DNA of 64,000 nt from Octopus bimaculoides. Lineage: Eukaryota. Every line of letters starts with the position of its first letter. Position 1 is the first letter of the stretch. The notes under the pieces were generated by a model. That model did no database searches, was not told the DNA's origin, and worked only from the letters and a program-made list of their open reading frames with translations. Location: NCBI RefSeq assembly GCF_001194135.2, contig NC_068984.1, forward strand, positions 141,460,395 through 141,524,394, in the 5' to 3' direction. A program made the translations under genes and the position numbers. Below are positions 12,986-26,059 of this stretch, piece by piece.

Positions 12986-13433
12986 ATATATGTATTCCCT
13001 TTTCTTTTACTTGCAGTTAGTCTCTCTCTCTCTCTCACACACACACACATCACATTTCTTCTTGCTAGAGAAATTATTTACCCTTTTATTCTATTCTCTC
13101 TTGCCTTTGCCTGCCACACTCTCTCTCTCTCTGCCACGNNNNNNNNNNNNNNNNNNNNNNNNNNNNNNNNNNNNNNNNNNNNNNNNNNNNNNNNNNNNNN
13201 NNNNNNNNNNNNNNNNNNNNNNNNNNNNNNNNNNNNNNNNNNNNNNNNNNNNNNNNNNNNNNNNNNNNNNNNNNNNNNNNNNNNNNNNNNNNNNNNNNNN
13301 NNNNNNNNNNNNNNNNNNNNNNNNNNNNNNNNNNNNNNNNNNNNNNNNNNNNNNNNNNNNNNNNNNNNNNNNNNNNNNNNNNNNNNNNNNNNNNNNNNNN
13401 NNNNNNNNNNNNNNNNNNNNNNNNNNNNNNNNN

Positions 13434-13882
13434 TGTGTCCTTATATTTTCGAACAAGGGAATCTAGCACCCCCACTCAGCCCAAAACAATATCTGTGTAT
13501 CGTGATTTCCAGGTTATTTCCCTTCATCAGCACAGAATAATTGTTCGACTAGAGGTGGCGCTGCCAAATTCCCATTCGAAATATATAGTTTTCAAAGTGA
13601 CAACTAGTCACTGATCTATGAATTAGAAAATTACTATTTTTAAATCTCACAACGAGAGATATTCAGCAACAGTACTTTGGAGTAAAGATCGTTTGCCAAC
13701 ATAACATGGCAGTCCTGGTTTAGGACGAATGTTGCTGTAATTTAGCCCCAGGAGACATCATCTGCAGCTGGCTATACAATGTGATCTAAACCAGGACTGC
13801 GATGTTATGTTGGCAAACGACCTTTACTCCAAGGTACTGTTGCTGAATATCTGTCGTTTTGAGATTTGAAAATAGAAATTTC
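13434..13882. repeat. Interspersed repeat with an internal inverted duplication; second copy at about 24795-25125
   Basis: tgtgtccttatatttt...gaattagaaaatta is shared with 24815-25015. 13626-13723 and 13786-13882 are reverse complements. Confidence 0.8.
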
Positions 13883-14534
13883 CAATATATTTATATATAT
13901 TTAGTAAATGAGCATGTGGCTGTTTTCTTTCTTTGGATATGAACAAGCAATGTCATCTCTCATTCTATATATGGTTATGTTAATCCTCATTACTCTGCGA
14001 GGAGCTTAGGCCTGTGACTATTTCATGTCAGTGGATGTGATCTTTGGCAACCTCTTTGCTTTTAAACAGAGTGAGACCAATTGCTTGCGCTTCATTCTCC
14101 ATGCATCCTTTTCAGGTCTTCTTTGGTTGTCCAACTTTTCCCTATATGGTTATGTGATAACGTCTAAATTTTTATTTCAAGCGTCAAACGTAAAGTTAAT
14201 TCTATTTGAAGTATTAAAAAAAAAAAATGAAGCATTATATGTCTTTTTTGAACCTAACCCTAAACAATAAAATGGCTTTTGCTGATCTTTATTAGAAGAG
14301 AATCCTTGTGTTTTGAAAACGAACCCTTGGAAACTAGGTACTTTTGCAAGGGAACCAGTTTGTTTTATTTATAGTGTTATGTTTGATAGGTTTTCTAAAA
14401 AGTGTAGAGCAATGTGGAGTATTTCTTGAGGTAAATAATAATTGTTTAAAATCTGTTGCTGATTGTTTGGAATTGGTTTCCTTGCTTTGATTTGGAACTA
14501 AATATGTATTTCTCTCTGTCTTGTGTGTCAACAG

Positions 14535-14604
14535 CGATCTCCTGGAGATTCTTCTATCAGTTACAGTAGCAGTACAGCAGGGACTAAAACGGCTACAAAA
14601 ACAG
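14535..14604 (+). CDS. LRCH: Coding exon RSPGDSSISYSSSTAGTKTATKT, phase 0-1
   Basis: tttctctctgtcttgtgtgtcaacag acceptor and ACAG|gtaagc donor. The 70-nt length converts phase 0 to phase 1 as the chain requires. Confidence 0.75.
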
Positions 14605-16527
14605 GTAAGCTGACACCTATGGCCCTTCGCGTCATTAAACCTTGCTGGGTCCCACTCCCTTTTGTTTTGGGGTTTGTAAAAGCTCACTGATTCTTTTAGG
14701 ATAGTGTATTGTCTTAGGATTGAATAAGAAAACAAGTTAATAAAATTTCTTTATTTAGGCCAATTGGTGAAGTAAATATAATCTATATTTAATCATTATA
14801 TTTTGTTTTTTTTTTAATTTTTTTAAAATTTTTATTTGTGTGAGTGTAAGTGTTAGGTGTGTTATTTCCTCATCGTCTGTAATGTATCAAAATGTCCTGC
14901 TGTTGTAGTTTATGTTTAGACGACAATATTGTAATGTCAAAGCACACATGTAGCTCACTGCATTCTGTCCTGTTGCACCAACATCTGTTTCGTTATTGTT
15001 GATGACCTTGGGTGTTTAGGTAGAGCAGCTACACTGTCATAACTACTGTCATCCCTCCCACTTAATGTGTCCTCCTGGACACATTTCATTAATAAGGATA
15101 CGAACATTTTACACACGCAACCATTTACTGCAGTTTGTCTATCAAGCTATAATGGTATATAATTAAAATATAATGGTAGGCAGAGAGTAACCCACACTAA
15201 AAGTCAAGTGTGTGTTTCAAATCATACAATGTAACTTACCCATCATTTCTTTCTTACATAAGATTGAAGACTGTTACATAAAAGGAACATACAGCTCTAA
15301 GTACTCTCATGTTATGTTGATCTGCTCAAATGAAACAAACAAAAAAAAAAAGACATCATAATGAAGGAATACCCAATGTCAACTTGACCTTAGATGTTCT
15401 GCTTAAAGGGTTTATTTATGGTGCTATAAAGCTAAAACTAAGCTTCTCAATCATGTGCCAGATTAACTTCAAAGCCTTTCAAAGTAAGTTTCAATCAACA
15501 TCTGTACACTTTTCACCAGCATCTTAGAAATGTGATGGCAGTTTCTCACAATTTATCTTGAGATTTAGATCTAATAGCAGAAACATATGAGTTAGGGAAA
15601 ATAGTTAGCATGGGGGCCTGGTGGGAGATGGGAGGTAAGATGAATGAGGGGAGATAAATGGTGGGAGGTTCGGTTGCTCTGTGAATGTGTTGACATACTG
15701 GAATTGGTAACATATTTGTAAGTGTGTGTGTGTGTGTGTGTCAGTCAGTTGGATGACTTCCTTTGGTGATGCAGTCTAGATTGCATATATGTGCAGCTGC
15801 AGCAGCAAGAGGACTCCTCTGGATGTGGACCGGGGCGAATGACCATCATTATCATTTAATGTCCGTTGTCCATGCTGGAATGGGTTTGACAGTTTGTCCA
15901 GGGCTGCTAAGCTGGGAACGCTGCACCAATCACCAGGCTACATGGAGAAAAATCAGGGCGGAGATTGCTGCCAAAGTAGCTTGTGGTTTGAAGGCACGTA
16001 AATAAAGTCATTCATATCTTGGCTTGCAATGGGATACCACTGACAGATTGTTCAATTCTTAACACGTGTTGTCATGACCTCTCAATCACCACTAGCATGA
16101 AAAAAAAGGGGTAACTTCTTCTCACTTTCCGACATGACATCATCTCTTTCCCCTTCTGGTCTTCCCTCCACCACATTCACTAATCTCTATGGTAACTCTC
16201 AAACACTTGTGTATCTCCGTACCAGAACAAGAGAAACTGTAATCTCTCAAGTACTTAGACATCAAGTGAGTCTTCTCCAGTTGTTCGCCTTGCATCACAC
16301 CATAACTTGACAGTCTTTGCTCTACCTATTGCTTTCAGGGTCATAAACTAATTAAAGCAACAACCTCAATTTGTTCCTTCTCACACTTTATATAATTAGC
16401 GTGTGTATGTGTGTATGTGATTATATTGTACTTTATTTCAAAAATCTGTTGTTAGTTTATTCCATTCAGTTTTAATTGTGTTGCCTGTGTAATTATTTAT
16501 TATTAGTAGTAGTACTCTTATTATAAC

Positions 16528-16558
<31 letters not shown>

Positions 16559-16694
16559 GTGTTGCTTTTCAATTTGCAGTCTTTGTTTTATCATTAAATC
16601 ACTCATTTCATCATACCACCGTCTTCTTACTGTCATTTCTGCTATTACGGCATATACATGGATGTCTGTCTGTATGTATGTATGTAAGTATGTA

Positions 16695-16744
<50 letters not shown>

Positions 16745-16928
16745 TATACACCCACGCACATATGCACACGTACAGACATGTACACATGTTCACAAGCATG
16801 GAACATTCATGCAGCTAGCACATTATACATGTGCATTCATACATGATTATACATATATTTATTAAGTTTTTTTTTTTTGTATTAAACTGAAGCTGGCCAT
16901 TTGTCTTCTGATTCAAATTTCATGCCAC

Positions 16929-17003
16929 TGTGATCTTTAGACAAAACTCTTCATGTGATCTTTAGACAAAACTCTTCAGGTGATCTTTAGACAAAACTCT
17001 TCA
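16929..17003 (+). repeat. Tandem repeat, 3 x 25 bp (t/ggtgatctttagacaaaactcttca)
   Basis: Directly visible, near-identical units. Confidence 0.9.
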
Positions 17004-17167
17004 GGTGTTCTGCCTGAAGTTCACAGTGTCATGAAACATGGATTGTGGGACAATCTCTCAGTTTCAGTTTTAATTAAATAAACCATATCCTCTACATGTA
17101 ATTAGCACCCCTGTATCATTTATTCAACAATAAGCAACATACACACATACACACAGATAACACTCCA

Positions 17168-17200
<33 letters not shown>

Positions 17201-17840
17201 CATCATCATCATCGTTTAACATCCACTTTCCATGCTAGCATGGGTTGGACGATTTGACTGAGGACTAGTCAACCAGATGGCTGCACCAGGCTCCTGCCAG
17301 ATCAGATTGGAGCCTGGTGTANNNNNNNNNNNNNNNNNNNNNNNNNNNNNNNNNNNNNNNNNNNNNNNNNNNNNNNNNNNNNNNNNNNNNNNNNNNNNNN
17401 NNNNNNNNNNNNNNNNNNNNNNNNNNNNNNNNNNNNNNNNNNNNNNNNNNNNNNNNNNNNNNNNNNNNNNNNNNNNNNNNNNNNNNNNNNNNNNNNNNNN
17501 NNNNNNNNNNNNNNNNNNNNNNNNNNNNNNNNNNNNNNNNNNNNNNNNNNNNNNNNNNNNNNNNNNNNNNNNNNNNNNNNNNNNNNNNNNNNNNNNNNNN
17601 NNNNNNNNNNNNNNNNNNNNNNNNNNNNNNNNNNNNNNNNNNNNNNNNNNNNNNNNNNNNNNNNNNNNNNNNNNNNNNNNNNNNNNNNNNNNNNNNNNNN
17701 NNNNNNNNNNNNNNNNNNNNNNNNNNNNNNNNNNNNNNNNNNNNNNNNNNNNNNNNNNNNNNNNNNNNNNNNNNNNNNNNNNNNNNNNNNNNNNNNNNNN
17801 NNNNNNNNNNNNNNNNNNNNNNNNNNNNNNNTGTTGCTAG

Positions 17841-18002
17841 TAGCGTACAATGTCCGGCCCTTTGTACTTGATAAAGGAAAGTCTCTTGGAAGCGGCAACA
17901 AAATCACTCCTACTGGCAACCGAAGAACCACAAAGCTAGGGCTTTCATCACCATCATCTCCTTCATCAGCAGCACCCCCTCCTCCTCATCAAAATGACAA
18001 AG
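17841..18002 (+). CDS. LRCH: Coding exon (V)AYNVRPFVLDKGKSLGSGNKITP...PPPPHQNDK, phase 1-1
   Basis: Acceptor ctag|tag (NAGNAG) just after an N gap, open frame, donor AAAG|gtatgt. Confidence 0.75.
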
Positions 18003-18301
18003 GTATGTATGTTCCGTCAGTATGTTTGTATGCTGTGGTTGGGTTCTACAACTCCAAGCAGTCACCCGTTGTTTGCTCCCTTGTTTTTTTTTTTTCTTCT
18101 TTCTTCTTTTTCTTTTGATTCAGTAGTGGTGGTCACCTACCTATTACCAGGAATTACTCTTCCTCCTCTTCCTTCTCCTCCTTTGGCTTTTACTCCTATT
18201 CATAATCTATTTGCAGCTTCTACCACTTCCACTTTTACTACTACCTCTACCACTACTAATTACTGAATTACTGTTATTACTACTCTTACTACTACATCTG
18301 T

Positions 18302-18337
<36 letters not shown>

Positions 18338-20611
18338 ACTACTTTTGTTTGCTGTGATGCCTTCTCCTCTTCTTTCCTTCCTTCCACCTTTCTCTTGCTA
18401 CCTCATCTTCTCTGTTATCATCCTCTTTCTCAAGGACCCTTCCCCCTCCCTATACAAAACCTAAACTAATCCACATCGTTTTCATTACTAACATATGTAC
18501 ACCATACACTGCTACCAGTCCCCCCCCCCGCCAAGCACATTATTTATTTAATACAATGAGGGTGCAATTAGGAGTTTTAGCTGCTATTTTTAACGAGTTG
18601 AGCTACCACATTGGTATGTCTATCAATTCTCAGGAGTAACAGTTTCCAAACATGGAGTTTTGACCCCGTTATCTTCCTGTTTTGTCCTTAAAAAAAGTGT
18701 AGAGAGAGACAACTGTTGTTTAGCTGTAGGCTAACAATTACTCAAACCGATCTATGATGGAAAGCATTTTTGCCATGACCACCCCATCTGTTTTATTTAG
18801 GCACAGTGAATAATATAAGTCCTCTTTCTTAGGATTAGGATAGTAATAAGATCCAAAGTGCTTATGGTTGCTATTTCTAGCAATGTTGATCAACCATGTA
18901 GAGCAGTGTCTCTCAACTGGAGTCCACATGTGCCTTGGGGAGGGGGGGAGTCCATATAAGATTTTGCTGTTAAGATTTTTGTGCAATAAATTGCTTAAAC
19001 TTCTACGATACACAAAATATTTAAATATTTTTTTTTATACAGTTCCTAATAATATTTAATGAAAAATAGAGTAAGATTTTTTTAATATACCTCGAATGGC
19101 TGTGGAGGTCTTGTGGAGTAAAAAAGGAGTGAAAAGGCCGAGAGGCTGCTTTGTTGGCACACAGTCAACACTTATGAGGTTAGGGTTAAATCACTGACCA
19201 CAGGGTAATGAGTTCAAACTATGCCACTGAAGCTGTGAGATCATATATATAGATATATATATATCATCATGATCATCATTATCGTTTAACGTCCGCTTTC
19301 CATGCTAGCATGGGTTGGACGATTTGACTGAGGACTGGTGAACCAGATGGCTACACTAGGCTCTAATCTGATCTGGTAAGGTTTCTACAGCTGGATGCCC
19401 TTCCTAACGCCAAACACTCCTAGAGTGTAGTGGGTGCTTTTATGTGCTGTCCCAATCAAGGCTTTAGGCCACTGTAGAATGAAGGACTACATAAAAAAAA
19501 TGACAAAAGGAGGGTCCCTATTAAAATTCAATATATGTTGATTAACTGGAAGCTTAAAGGGCTGAATATATTTTAATGGACTGTCTATAAAGACAATTGG
19601 AAAACAAGGCAAATGATGGTAATTTGCAGAGAGTAGGTATCTCTGTACTTCTTGGATGTCTTAGCTTTTGAAAATACTACTTATGTATTTCAGGTATATT
19701 CAGCCAGTGTTCAATTACATATTGTACTGTCTCAGTTCATTAGACCCACCTGGATGAGTGACTTATCTCTACCCTAATTTGTTTTTACTCGTGTTCTTGA
19801 GAAATGCATGAATGGCTCAGCATTTTCATTCCTCTCCCCAAACTTCTTCTCTTTCATTCAAATCACTTTATTGTTTTCATTCTGTCCTTCCCACCAAAAA
19901 AAAAAAAAATCATTCTTCGCTCTCATATATTTTTCATTACCAGGTAATGTCGCTACAATCATCATCATCATCATCACCTCCAGCATCAACATCATCATCA
20001 TCATCACCTCCAGCATCAACATCATCACAATCATTGTTGACATTGTTGTTGTTCCTATCTCTGCTTGCTGCCCACCTCTTCTACTTTCACAACCACTGCT
20101 TCACACAAGGGTCAGTGGAGAGACGGGGGCTACTTTATAGCCTGTGCCTCCCCACAACTCTTGTGAGCCCCCTTTTTTTCCCTTCTGCTTTTTAGTTAGT
20201 ATATTAAATTTTTTTTTCCTTTGTTTTGGATGATATTTTTGGTTTCATTCAGCATGATATTGTTACTCTGTGTTTATTTGTGTGTATGTATGTATGTGTG
20301 TGGTTAAAAGTTAGCATGTTTCTGTTTTTCTGTGTGTGTGTGTGATCATGTCTGCATGTTACTCTGTGTGTGTGTGTATGTGTGTATGCATGATCGGACT
20401 GTATTCCCTTTCCGTTGGTTCCTTAGATGAAAGTTTTAATGATTTTCTTTGTTTGATTCTGAGTTCAAATCCCGCTGAGGTCGACTTTGCCTTTCATCCT
20501 TTTGGGGTTGATAAAATAAGTATCACTTGAGTGCCTGGGTCGATGTAATTGACTTAGTTCCTACCCCAAAATTTCATTCATGCTTTGTGCCAAAATTTGA
20601 AATCATTATTG

Positions 20612-20655
<44 letters not shown>

Positions 20656-21750
20656 GATCCCCTTGGAGTCAATCACTTTCTCCTGTTGGGGTTATTATAT
20701 ATATTTGTTGTTGTTTTTTTTTTTTNNNNNNNNNNNNNNNNNNNNNNNNNNNNNNNNNNNNNNNNNNNNNNNNNNNNNNNNNNNNNNNNNNNNNNNNNNN
20801 NNNNNNNNNNNNNNNNNNNNNNNNNNNNNNNNNNNNNNNNNNNNNNNNNNNNNNNNNNNNNNNNNNNNNNNNNNNNNNNNNNNNNNNNNNNNNNNNNNNN
20901 NNNNNNNNNNNNNNNNNNNNNNNNNNNNNNNNNNNNNNNNNNNNNNNNNNNNNNNNNNNNNNNNNNNNNNNNNNNNNNNNNNNNNNNNNNNNNNNNNNNN
21001 NNNNNNNNNNNNNNNNNNNNNNNNNNNNNNNNNNNNNNNNNNNNNNNNNNNNNNNNNNNNNNNNNNNNNNNNNNNNNNNNNNNNNNNNNNNNNNNNNNNN
21101 NNNNNNNNNNNNNNNNNNNNNNNNNNNNNNNNNNNNNNNNNNNNNNNNNNNNNNNNNNNNNNNNNNNNNNNNNNNNNNNNNNNNNNNNNNNNNNNNNNNN
21201 NNNNNNNNNNNNNNNNNNNNNNNNNNNNNNNNNNNNNNNNNNNNNNNNNNNNNNNNNNNNNNNNNNNNNNNNNNNNNNNNNNNNNNNNNNNNNNNNNNNN
21301 NNNNNNNNNNNNNNNNNNNNNNNNNNNNNNNNNNNNNNNNNNNNNNNNNNNNNNNNNNNNNNNNNNNNNNNNNNNNNNNNNNNNNNNNNNNNNNNNNNNN
21401 NNNNNNNNNNNNNNNNNNNNNNNNNNNNNNNNNNNNNNNNNNNNNNNNNNNNNNNNNNNNNNNNNNNNNNNNNNNNNNNNNNNNNNNNNNNNNNNNNNNN
21501 NNNNNNNNGCACAAGATTTTGAAACAATTAAAAGGCAACCCACTGGCAAAGTCATTAGACAAAATAATTAGAGGCATTTCTTTTGGCTCTGCATGTTTTG
21601 GGTGCAAATTTTGCCTTTCATTCTTTCAGAGCCCAAAACGTCTGCACTGCTTGAACTGGGGCCAGTGTAATTCACTAATCCCCTCCCTCAAAATTTCAGG
21701 CCTTGTACCCATAGTAGGAAAGAAAATAATTAGTATTAAGGGTTGTAAAA

Positions 21751-21965
21751 AGGAGGTGAGTTGGCAGAATCGTTAGCACGCTGGGCAAAATGCTTAGCAG
21801 TATTTTGCCTCTCACTACGTTCTGAGTTCAAATTCTGCCAAGGTCGACTTTGCCTGTCATCCTTTTGGGGTTGAGTAAATAAGTACCAATTACACACTGG
21901 GGTCGATGTAATCGACTTAATCCCCTCCCACAAGCTGCCCTTGTGACAAAAATTTGAAACCATTA
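21751..21965 (+). mobile_element. tRNA-derived SINE with Meta-domain-like core (ctttcatcctttcggggtcgataaattaagtacc); other copies near 20430-20600, 22785-22890, 27850-28060, 28708-28805, 37108-37230, 39595-39805, 48200-48785 (three in tandem), 62425-62640, 63080-63260
   Basis: Recurrent gagctggcagaatcgttagc...gagttcaaattc...ctttcatcc motif. The MetaSINE label is from recall only. Confidence 0.75.
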
Positions 21966-23189
21966 TTAAGGGTTGTAGAGTGTCAGATTAAATGCCTGGT
22001 GGTATTTAACTACAGTCATATAGTTTCTGAGTTCAAATTTCACTAGGCTCAACTTTATTTTCCTTCCCTCCATGTTCAATAAAATAACTTATTGATTGTG
22101 TGGTGCATAACTTGATTATTAGAAAACTGATTTTAATGACTCCCTGACTCCCTCTGCAGAGAAGGGCATATCTGCTCCCACATAACCCTTTTCTTCTATT
22201 TTTGTCAGTTTCATTTTATTTCTAGTTATATTCCAGCACCTGTGAAATTTCCTGTGGGTTTGAACCTAGTACTGCAGGTATCACTAGTGTCAACCACAAC
22301 TTGGTTCCTGAGACATCCTAATCTAACTTTGGAGTAATTCTCAATTTTCAGGGAAATCAGTCCTCCCGGGCAATATTGTGGCACCAACACAAAAGCTTTA
22401 TCACTTCTAAAACATTTGTAGTTGTCTTTGTCAACAATCAAAAGATCATACACGCACACACACACATATATATATGCAAATATATGTATACAGATCCTCA
22501 CTGACGTGTATAATGATATGTATGTATAGGTTGCTGAAACAAATAAGTTTTATTGGTAAGATACATTTTGTGGAAAAATGTAACCACCAAGAGATTTTTA
22601 AAGGCATGGAGCCAGCTGTAGTTTCTCTCTCCCTCTCTCTCTCATACACACAAATATATATATATATATATAGATAATGAAAGTAAACGAACAAAGTTCG
22701 CTTTAGGAGCGTTGAGATGTATTGAAAGATGAAGAAATAACTTTATTCTCAAACGCAGGATAATGCTAATTAATATAGCATGGACAGCTGGCAGAATCGT
22801 TAGCATGGTGGGCGAAATGCTTAGCAGTATTTCATCTACCGTTACATTCTGAGTTCAAATTCCGCCGAGGTCGACTTTGCCTTTCATCATTTCATTTATG
22901 TGTGTGTGTGTGTGTTTATGTATCTATGTTTATACCAAGCTGAAAGCTTACAGACCATGTCTGTATGGATGTACATATATATGCTTGTGTGTATATAATA
23001 CAAATCTCTGATTCTTTGTCTTATTCATACATTACTCACACCTTGTTCTCTGTACTGTATTGTTAATAAACTGATTATGTTGTTACTACAAACCCACACA
23101 CATACACCCACATGTGTTACTATATTACAATTTGTATCTCTTCTTGTTTTTTTTTTCTTCTTCTTTACCATATGTCTATGTAACACCAG

Positions 23190-23207
23190 GCCTTAATCGA
23201 AAAATTG
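23190..23207 (+). CDS. LRCH: Candidate 18-nt microexon (GLNRKI), phase 1-1
   Basis: Long T/C tract, accag acceptor, donor TTG|gtaggc. Frame-preserving in the phase-1 part of the chain. Confidence 0.55.
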
Positions 23208-24509
23208 GTAGGCATTTCTCTGTTTCTTCCTTTATTATCTGTATCGTCCTTTGTAAAACAACCATCACCGTGTCTTCAACCGTGTCCTGCTGGACTTTCT
23301 CAGCATTCAGGCATCCTCATCACATTTATTATTATTATTATTATACTGGCTATCATTGTTGTCCTTGTATGGCACCAGGGTTGTGAATGGTCTGCCTCTG
23401 TCTGATTTGACTGCTACAACTGATTGTGAGTGTGTGTGTGTGTGTTGCTTTAAGTGTTTCTTGCTTTATCATTGTTACTATTATTATTATTATTAGTAGT
23501 AGTAGTAGAAGTAGTAGTTATTGTTTTCATTGCTAACATTAACAACGGCACATATCCACATATCGCTGCCGAGTCTGCTGCTTTTACCTTCCAGTTCTGT
23601 CTTGCTTGTTTAGGTATTTTCATTTTATTTTTCAAAATATCTGGTAGGTATTAATGTGTTTTGTATGTGTCAGTGTGTGTGCGTGTGCACATAAACACAC
23701 ACACTCTCTCTCTCTCTTAAAGGGTTGGGCAGCTAAATTGTGACTTTGTGCTGAGAAGTTTCAAAATCTCTAACTAAAGTAAATGAAAAGATAGAAACCT
23801 GAAACTTTGTATGTTTATTTACCATAACAAAATGGAAGATATTCCTCAGTATCTTAAAAGTAACTAAGTAGTTAAGTGTATGCAAAGAGCACTGGCACTG
23901 GTGCCATGTAAAAAAAAAAAGCACCCAGTACACACTGCAAAGTGGTTTGGTATTAGGGAGGGCATCCAACTGTAGAAACCATGTGAAATCAGACAAATGG
24001 AGCCTGGTGCAGCGGCTGGGCTTCCCAGCCCCTATCAGGTTGTACAACCCAAAGCAGCATGGCAAACACGTTAAATGATGATGATTTCCTCAACAGTTTC
24101 AATCAAATGAATTAAGATGTGGAAGGATGGGTATGCCTTCTTTTCCCCATTCATATTTACAGACATGAAATCCTTCCTGCTAGCAGACTCAAAAGTATTG
24201 GCACTGCCATGACACATTGTTCTTAATGATGCTGTCCCCAACATATCCATACAGAGAACATCATCTGTAGGGGTAGTAAAGTGTTGCCTTTGTGTTCTCC
24301 GTATGGACAGTGATGTAATGAGGGCTGTGTCCAATGTGGTTTGTCTCTACCAGAAATATTTTGTCACAGTTATCCGGTAGCTCTGGTGCAAAGTAGAAGA
24401 AAAAAAGCAAAAGCTAATATCTTGGATTCGTTAAATGTAAAGTATTAGTTTTTTACTTATCTTAGTTATCAAGGCATAATATTAAGTGGTTTCAATTCAG
24501 CTGCTCAGC

Positions 24510-24555
<46 letters not shown>

Positions 24556-24565
24556 NNNNNNNNNN

Positions 24566-24605
<40 letters not shown>

Positions 24606-25356
24606 TTTTCAATAGCTTTCTGTTGTTGCTTTCGTAATCGTTTTGAATGCTGCAAGGCAAGGTGAGAGAGAGTTTATGGAAGGTGTGATAAGGGGGAAAG
24701 GGATCTCTTCTTCCATGTCATGACCATTTCTATCTCTCAGGTCTGTAAATTGAAGTATAAGCAGACTAGGTGTAGTCGGGGTAGTGACTCTCCAGCTGGC
24801 TATACAACATGATCTGTGTCCTTATATTTTCAAACAAGGGAATCTAGCACCCCCACTCAGCTCAAAACAATATCTGTGTCGTGATTTCCGGGATATTTCC
24901 CTTCATCAGCACGGAATAATTGTTCGGCTAGAGGTGGCGCTGCCAAATTCTCGTTTGAAATATATAGTTTTCAAAGTGACAACTAGTCACTGAGCTATTA
25001 ATTAGAAAATTATTATTACAGCAACATTCGTCCTAAACCAGGACTGCCATGTTACGTTGGCAAAAATCTTTACTCTAAAGTGCTGTTGCTGAATATCTCT
25101 CGTGAGATTTAAAAAATAGTAATTTTTTAATATGTCCAGCCTTGTTATCAGCGTCCAGTGAATTTCGTGCTGTCTTATGTCGACATCATCATATATTGAG
25201 AGTTTCAAATTTTGAGGAGTGCATTTGCTTGGAACTCTTGGTCTTTCATTCACTGATCTGACTCCTGAGATTTCACAAAATAATATGAATACTCTGTTTA
25301 GTTTTATGTCTTCTAGTTGTATAAACAATCCTTTATGTGTGTGTGTGTGTTTGTAG

Positions 25357-25368
25357 AGGACTCTGAAG
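25357..25368 (+). CDS. LRCH: Candidate 12-nt microexon (EDSE), phase 1-1
   Basis: (tg)n-tttgtag acceptor, AGGACTCTGAAG, consensus donor AAG|gtaagt. Frame-preserving. Confidence 0.55.
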
Positions 25369-26027
25369 GTAAGTAATCGGAGTTTTGAAACCTTGATTAA
25401 AATCAAGGTTTTTTTGTTAAAATTTAACCCAAGAATTGTTTGTGCATGATATTGTTGATTGTTGGAGGATTTTGCAGATCAATCATGAGAGAATAGATAT
25501 TTGTGTCTCTGTGTGTGTGCATGTCTGGGATAGGGGACAGGTTTATGTGTTGTCCCCAAAATCTATGTTGTATGCTATGTGCTAATGTCTGGTTTATATT
25601 AATCCTATCACCACAATAACTATTGTAAACCAACCGTTGTTTGTATCACTAACAATAACAACTGCCGCAATGTTTTTAGCTCAGTCGATTTCATTACAGT
25701 ACCAGTAATATACTTGGGTGAGTCCAGGTAATTCTACAATGCAAAGAAAAAAAAAGAAAAACGTCTCTCGAGTGACTCTTGTATACGTGGTAGTTGGTCA
25801 AAGATGACCTTTTCATAAACTGATTAATAATGCCTGCAGTCTCCGAGTAGATTCTTATTGTTTTTTTTTTTGTAATTCTTTGTAAACGGATCAAAGAAAT
25901 TGTTGTTTCTAACCTGTTTATTGTTGGATTGGCTTTCATCAGAGATTGGCTTTATACTGCCATTAAGCATGTATGGCTTCTAGAATTCTGATTTTTTAAA
26001 TTTCTTTGTATTCTTTTAATTGCTCTT

Positions 26028-26059
<32 letters not shown>

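Noticed and set aside
16929-17003. CRISPR-like appearance of the 25-bp repeats
   Set aside because: No spacers, eukaryotic intron, no cas genes; a simple minisatellite.
22226-22290. Possible exon tctag|ttatattcc...ctgcag|gtatca
   Set aside because: No acceptor/frame combination gives the phase 1-1 needed in this part of the chain without a stop.
25885-25950. Minus-strand CTGATGA...GAAAC hammerhead-like motif
   Set aside because: Stem II begins with an A-A mismatch and there is no convincing stem III, cleavage triplet or stem I; at best a decayed relic.
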